Of a DNA stretch of 32,000 bases, positions 28,255 through 32,000 are shown piece by piece (positions within the stretch are counted from its first letter, which is position 1; every line of letters starts with the position of its first letter). The DNA comes from Patescibacteria group bacterium. GTDB lineage: Bacteria; Patescibacteriota; UBA1384; XYA2-FULL-43-10. The stretch covers positions 180,001 to 212,000 of the forward strand of contig JBAYVT010000001.1 in NCBI GenBank assembly GCA_041674405.1, given 5' to 3'. A program made the translations under genes and the position numbers. The notes below the pieces were generated by a model. The model saw nothing but the letters and a program-made list of their open reading frames with translations, made no database searches and was not told the origin of the DNA.

Positions 28255-28836
28255 TCAAATTCCTGCAATAATTTCTTTGGCGGTATCGAGACTTGCTCCT
28301 TTGCGAAGTATGGATTTTGTTTCCAGATCGATCAATGTAGACGGAATCTTGATCGTGCAATCGCCCGATACGATAAAATCTACCAGTAATTTCAAGTCAT
28401 CACTTCGAACTATATCCGGGTCACCAGAAATATTCGCGGACGTTGTGATTATCGGTTCACCCAATTCCTCAATAATTTTTATGATAAGATCATATTTTGG
28501 TATTCTTACACCAACCTTACCAAACCCCGCTGTGATTTTCTCACTAACCAAATCGTTTTTTGGAAGGAGAAATGTGTATGGCCCAGGCAGATATTTACGT
28601 AAGATTTTCTCATACTCTTCCGGCAATTTAACATACTTCTTAATCATTTCAACAGACGAAAACGCCAAAGACATCGGCTTTGAAAAATCTCTCCCTTTCA
28701 ATTCAAAAACTTTATCGACGGCGTCTAAGTTGGAAACCACACAGCCTATGCCATATGTTGTATCCGTCGGATATCCGATAACTCCACCAGAACGAAGTGA
28801 CTGAACGGCTTTTTTGATAATTACAGCGTCTTTCAT
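28255..28836 (-). CDS. tsaC: Sua5/YciO/YrdC/YwlC family (threonylcarbamoyl-AMP synthase)
   Basis: 'GGVIGYPTDTTYGIGCVVSN', 'KGRDFSKPMSLAFSS', 'LPGPYTFLLPK', 'VGVRIPKYDL', 'PIITTSANISGDP'. Confidence 0.92.
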   Translation of the reverse strand: MKDAVIIKKAVQSLRSGGVIGYPTDTTYGIGCVVSNLDAVDKVFELKGRDFSKPMSLAFSSVEMIKKYVKLPEEYEKILRKYLPGPYTFLLPKNDLVSEKITAGFGKVGVRIPKYDLIIKIIEELGEPIITTSANISGDPDIVRSDDLKLLVDFIVSGDCTIKIPSTLIDLETKSILRKGASLDTAKEIIAGI

Positions 28837-28892
28837 TGTTTATTTGTAGCAATTTCACCGCGGTCGCGGAAGAATTACTACATTTTTCATAA

Positions 28893-29984
28893 TTATTTAG
28901 TTAGGTCTATCTTTATAGAATCATCTGCAATTTTTAATGAGTTAAATTCTTCATCGTCAGGGAAAATGGCTTTGATCCTAGCTAATTTTGTACTCCCGGT
29001 GTCAAGGGCTGGTTTTACATTTGTCGAGGTGAATGGGGAAAATTTCAATGTCATACTTGATTCATCTATGTCTCCAGAAATTATAAGCCCTTGCTGGGTT
29101 TCGGGCGAAAAAAATTGATCAAAGACAAAATTTCCGAGAGAGTAAATTATCGGTCGGTTATTATAGACTTGTACATCTTGTACAACATGCGGATGCCCCC
29201 CGATAACCATTGTTGCTCCGGCATCAATCCAGGATTTGGCCATGTTTTCTTGTGTTTTATTGTGAATACTTTGATATTCGACCCCCCAATGCGGGATGAT
29301 AATTACGCGCTCGCCCTTTATAACTTCGGCTTTGATTGAATTTACAATTTCAGAATTATCCAAACCGACTAGAATGTCGGCTGTAATAATTGCGATTGGA
29401 ATTTTAGTCTCAAGCTCGACAATATTTGTGGAGTCAAAATCATTTTGGCTGCCGGAATACTTTATTTCAGACTCAGAGAGAACTTTTTTTGTGTTAGCAA
29501 ACCCATTTGTGCCAGCATTCATCGTGTGGTTGTTGGAAAGCGAAACAATATTCAAACCAAGATATTTTAGCGTATCGATAGTTTCAGGCGGAAAGTTAAA
29601 ATTCATGCTGCCGGAAAGATAATCATCGTTGATTTCGCCTGCCGAGATCGGCCCCTCCAGATTTGCAAATGCGATGTCGGAATTTTTAAAAATCGCAATA
29701 TCTAAATTATCAAAAATCCGGTTTAAACCGATATCCTTGTATTTGTGCCAGACATTCCGGTCGAACATCAAGTCGCCACCAAAAGCAAAGGTGGTCTTGG
29801 CAATCTCCGCAGGTTTTGATTCTTGTGGAGTCTCGTTGGCAGAATTCGTCTTAATTTCTGTCGCGCTAGCGGGTTTATCGCTTGTTCTGCTTTTTGAAAA
29901 GTAATAAAAACCGCTTGCAACAAGAAGGATCAAGGCGATAAAAATTAGCAGGCGAATTAATTTTGGTTTTCTTTTTTGTTCCAA
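28893..29984 (-). CDS. CapA-family (PgsA-like) metallophosphatase-fold protein, membrane-anchored
   Basis: 'FAFGGDLMFDRNV', 'AFANLEGPIS', 'LNIVSLSNNHTMNAG', 'IIPHWGVEYQ', 'VIGGHPHVVQDVQVYNNRPIIYSLGNFVFDQFFSPE'. Confidence 0.92.
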   Translation of the reverse strand: MEQKRKPKLIRLLIFIALILLVASGFYYFSKSRTSDKPASATEIKTNSANETPQESKPAEIAKTTFAFGGDLMFDRNVWHKYKDIGLNRIFDNLDIAIFKNSDIAFANLEGPISAGEINDDYLSGSMNFNFPPETIDTLKYLGLNIVSLSNNHTMNAGTNGFANTKKVLSESEIKYSGSQNDFDSTNIVELETKIPIAIITADILVGLDNSEIVNSIKAEVIKGERVIIIPHWGVEYQSIHNKTQENMAKSWIDAGATMVIGGHPHVVQDVQVYNNRPIIYSLGNFVFDQFFSPETQQGLIISGDIDESSMTLKFSPFTSTNVKPALDTGSTKLARIKAIFPDDEEFNSLKIADDSIKIDLTK

Positions 29985-30238
29985 AAATCCTCCGCTTCTG
30001 CTTCTAATTTTTCGAGCCGGTCATAGTAATCAGGATACTCATTAAGATGCGCCAAAGCGATTTTTCCGGTTACAAGAGAATCATCACTGGTTACATTCGT
30101 GGCTTCATCGCGATTGCCATGTTCTAATTCAACACCCATCCCCTTGCGATACTGCTCAATATCAAAACGCGACCAATCGATGCCCAATCTTTCTCCAATT
30201 TCTTTTGCCTCTTCCGCAGAAAATGATTCCTTTGGCAT
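29957..30238 (-). CDS. DUF5661-like small protein
   Basis: 'FSAEEAKEIGERLGIDWSRFDIEQYRKGMGVELEHG...KIALAHLNEYPDYYDRLEKLE'; overlaps next gene by 28 bp. Confidence 0.8.
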   Translation of the reverse strand: MPKESFSAEEAKEIGERLGIDWSRFDIEQYRKGMGVELEHGNRDEATNVTSDDSLVTGKIALAHLNEYPDYYDRLEKLEAEAEDFWNKKENQN

Positions 30239-30264
30239 AATTTCTCCTTCATGGACTTTATAAA

Positions 30265-30840
30265 CTATTTAAATAATATCATATGAAGATTTGACCAATT
30301 TGAGACTATTAATGATATTAAAATAATATTGGCAACAGGAAAAATAATTAGATTTTCAAACCAATGCCCGGTTTCGATTCTGATTCCATCAAATGGCTTA
30401 GGCGGAATGCCGAAAAAGCGTTTCCAAGGATAGAACAATGGGATTCCCTCAACCGTAAACATGTCGGCTAAAAGATGGGCCAGATAAGCAAGCCCAAAAG
30501 CTATGATGACCGGAGCCGGTAAAACACCCCAATACAAGGGAAGCGAATTCAGCAGTAAAATTATCAAAATATTAAAGATTGCATAACCAAGAATTGAGTG
30601 TGTGATATTACGATGTTTGATAAACGGATCAACTAGATGGCCAACCGCGTGCCCTGAACCAAATGGTAATTTATCCCAAATTTCCGAAGCCGGCTGGTCG
30701 ATATCAGGCAAAAGCGCACCAAAATAAGAGAACAATAAAACCGCTGCAAATGTCGCCGGCATATAGCTAGCATCTTGCATTGCAATAAAGCTTCCCATTC
30801 CTATTGTGATACCAATTGCTTTATGGGTTTTTCCGGTCAT
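30265..30840 (-). CDS. Membrane-bound metal-dependent hydrolase (YdjM/DUF457-like)
   Basis: 'MTGKTHKAIGI', 'FGALLPDIDQPASEI', 'KHRNITHSILGY', 'AYLAHLLADMFTVEGIPLFYPW'. Confidence 0.88.
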   Translation of the reverse strand: MTGKTHKAIGITIGMGSFIAMQDASYMPATFAAVLLFSYFGALLPDIDQPASEIWDKLPFGSGHAVGHLVDPFIKHRNITHSILGYAIFNILIILLLNSLPLYWGVLPAPVIIAFGLAYLAHLLADMFTVEGIPLFYPWKRFFGIPPKPFDGIRIETGHWFENLIIFPVANIILISLIVSNWSNLHMILFK

Positions 30841-30920
30841 TTACATCCCAAATAAATAATATGGAAACAATCCAGCATTCCCGATAAAATAGATTATGAG
30901 AAAATTATATCAAACCTTTT

Positions 30921-31595
30921 ATGAGACAGAAATTACTCCGAAAATATTCAATTATTATTATTGCGATAGCCGCCACGCTTTTAGCAATTTTGATCTACCT
31001 TGTGTACTATCATCCAATTTCACACATTGATATTGCCTTTTCCCGAGATTTGCAATCGGAAGGTGACACAGGTTTGAGCCGAACGCTTTTTTTTAGCATA
31101 TTTAGGTCCATCAGCTTTTTGGGGATACCAGTCGTTGCCGGAGTTATGATTGTGCTTTCTGCTCTCTTATTCTGGTTTTTCGGCTATTTCCGTGAATCAA
31201 TTTATATATTGATAACTGTTGTCGGTACTCCAATTGAAGAACTAGCAAAACTGATCATCGGCCGGCCGCGGCCTCCAGCTGATGTCGTCAAAATAATCGA
31301 CCAGCAATCCTCTCCGAGTTTCCCTAGTGGGCACGTAGTTTTCTTTACAATTTTTTTCGGATTTTTGATAGCTGCGATGATTATAAATAAAAAAATAAAA
31401 CTCTGGATTAGAGTTGCATTAGCATCAATTTCTACAATTTTGGTGGTTTTAGTTTCTTTTTCGCGGGTTTATCTCGGATCACATTGGATATCCGACGTTA
31501 TCGGAGGCTACCTTGTAGGAATAATCATACTTTGTATGATTTTGTATTTTTATCTAAAACCAATATTTAAAATATCTGACCGAATTAAAATTTAG
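30921..31595 (+). CDS. PAP2-superfamily phosphatase
   Basis: 'KLIIGRPRPPADVV', 'PSFPSGHVVFFTIFFG', 'VSFSRVYLGSHWISDVIGGY' (three PAP2 motifs). Confidence 0.94.
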   Translation: MRQKLLRKYSIIIIAIAATLLAILIYLVYYHPISHIDIAFSRDLQSEGDTGLSRTLFFSIFRSISFLGIPVVAGVMIVLSALLFWFFGYFRESIYILITVVGTPIEELAKLIIGRPRPPADVVKIIDQQSSPSFPSGHVVFFTIFFGFLIAAMIINKKIKLWIRVALASISTILVVLVSFSRVYLGSHWISDVIGGYLVGIIILCMILYFYLKPIFKISDRIKI

Positions 31596-32000
31596 CTAAA
31601 ATAAAAGCAGCCAGAAATCCTAAAACGGTAATTATTCCGATCGAAAATCCACCCTCCTCATATGCTTCCGGCATCATCGTGTCCGCTAACATGGCGAGAA
31701 TTGCACCGGCCGCAAACGCTTCGATAATACCAATGTTGTTCGGATCGATGTCGGTAAGAAATATGTAACTCAATATTGTTATCACTAGAGTTGTGATCGC
31801 TACGATCGCCCAGGTGGTGAATATTTTTTTGTTGGAATAGCCCTCTTTCTTAAGCCCAGTAATGGATGAAATTCCCTCCGGGAAGTTGGATATAACGATC
31901 GCCATTGCCATCAGGAAGCCCCTGCCATGCCCCGCAAACAAAGATATGCCGAGAGCTGCCGATTCGGGTATTCCATCCAGAATTGCCCCCAGAGTGATTG
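31585..32000 (-). CDS. ZIP family metal transporter, 5' end truncated by window edge
   Basis: Track ORF 'MAIVISNFPEGISSITGL...GAILAMLADTMMPEAYE'; the frame stays open to the window edge reading 'ITLGAILDGIPESAALGISLFAGHGRGF'. Confidence 0.9.
   Translation of the reverse strand, partial: ITLGAILDGIPESAALGISLFAGHGRGFLMAMAIVISNFPEGISSITGLKKEGYSNKKIFTTWAIVAITTLVITILSYIFLTDIDPNNIGIIEAFAAGAILAMLADTMMPEAYEEGGFSIGIITVLGFLAAFILAKF

Overview
The window is a dense, mostly minus-strand bacterial chromosome segment. Gene content (DUF4012, DUF5679 and DUF5661 proteins, short ribosome-associated proteins, AMMECR1, ZIP) suggests a Patescibacteria/CPR-like organism; this is an inference and no database was searched. 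From left to right it holds: a membrane histidine kinase truncated at the left edge; dnaK, a membrane protein and a reduced DnaJ; an Obg GTPase with a C-terminal Nudix domain; a c-di-AMP locus (CdaA, a YbbR/CdaR-like protein, LysM+CHAP); a G/C-rich orphan gene with its own promoter; infB, gyrA and gyrB; a surface-glycan cluster (DUF4012 protein, glycosyltransferase, polyprenyl-phosphate sugar transferase); a DUF5679 zinc ribbon; a block of small thioredoxin-like and membrane proteins; a 3'-5' exonuclease; AMMECR1; Sua5/YrdC; a CapA-like protein; a DUF5661 protein; a membrane metal-dependent hydrolase; PAP2; and a ZIP transporter truncated at the right edge. I saw no CRISPR array, rRNA, tRNA, transposase, phage genes or recognisable defence island. 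The strongest leads are the Obg-Nudix fusion, a DnaJ lacking the zinc finger and first C-terminal beta domain, a perfect 20-bp palindrome in the dnaK promoter followed by a long hairpin in the leader, a GyrA Leu at the Ser83-equivalent position, and the orphan G/C-rich gene. Several intergenic inverted-repeat structures are also reported, including an interleaved A-B-A'-B' arrangement.
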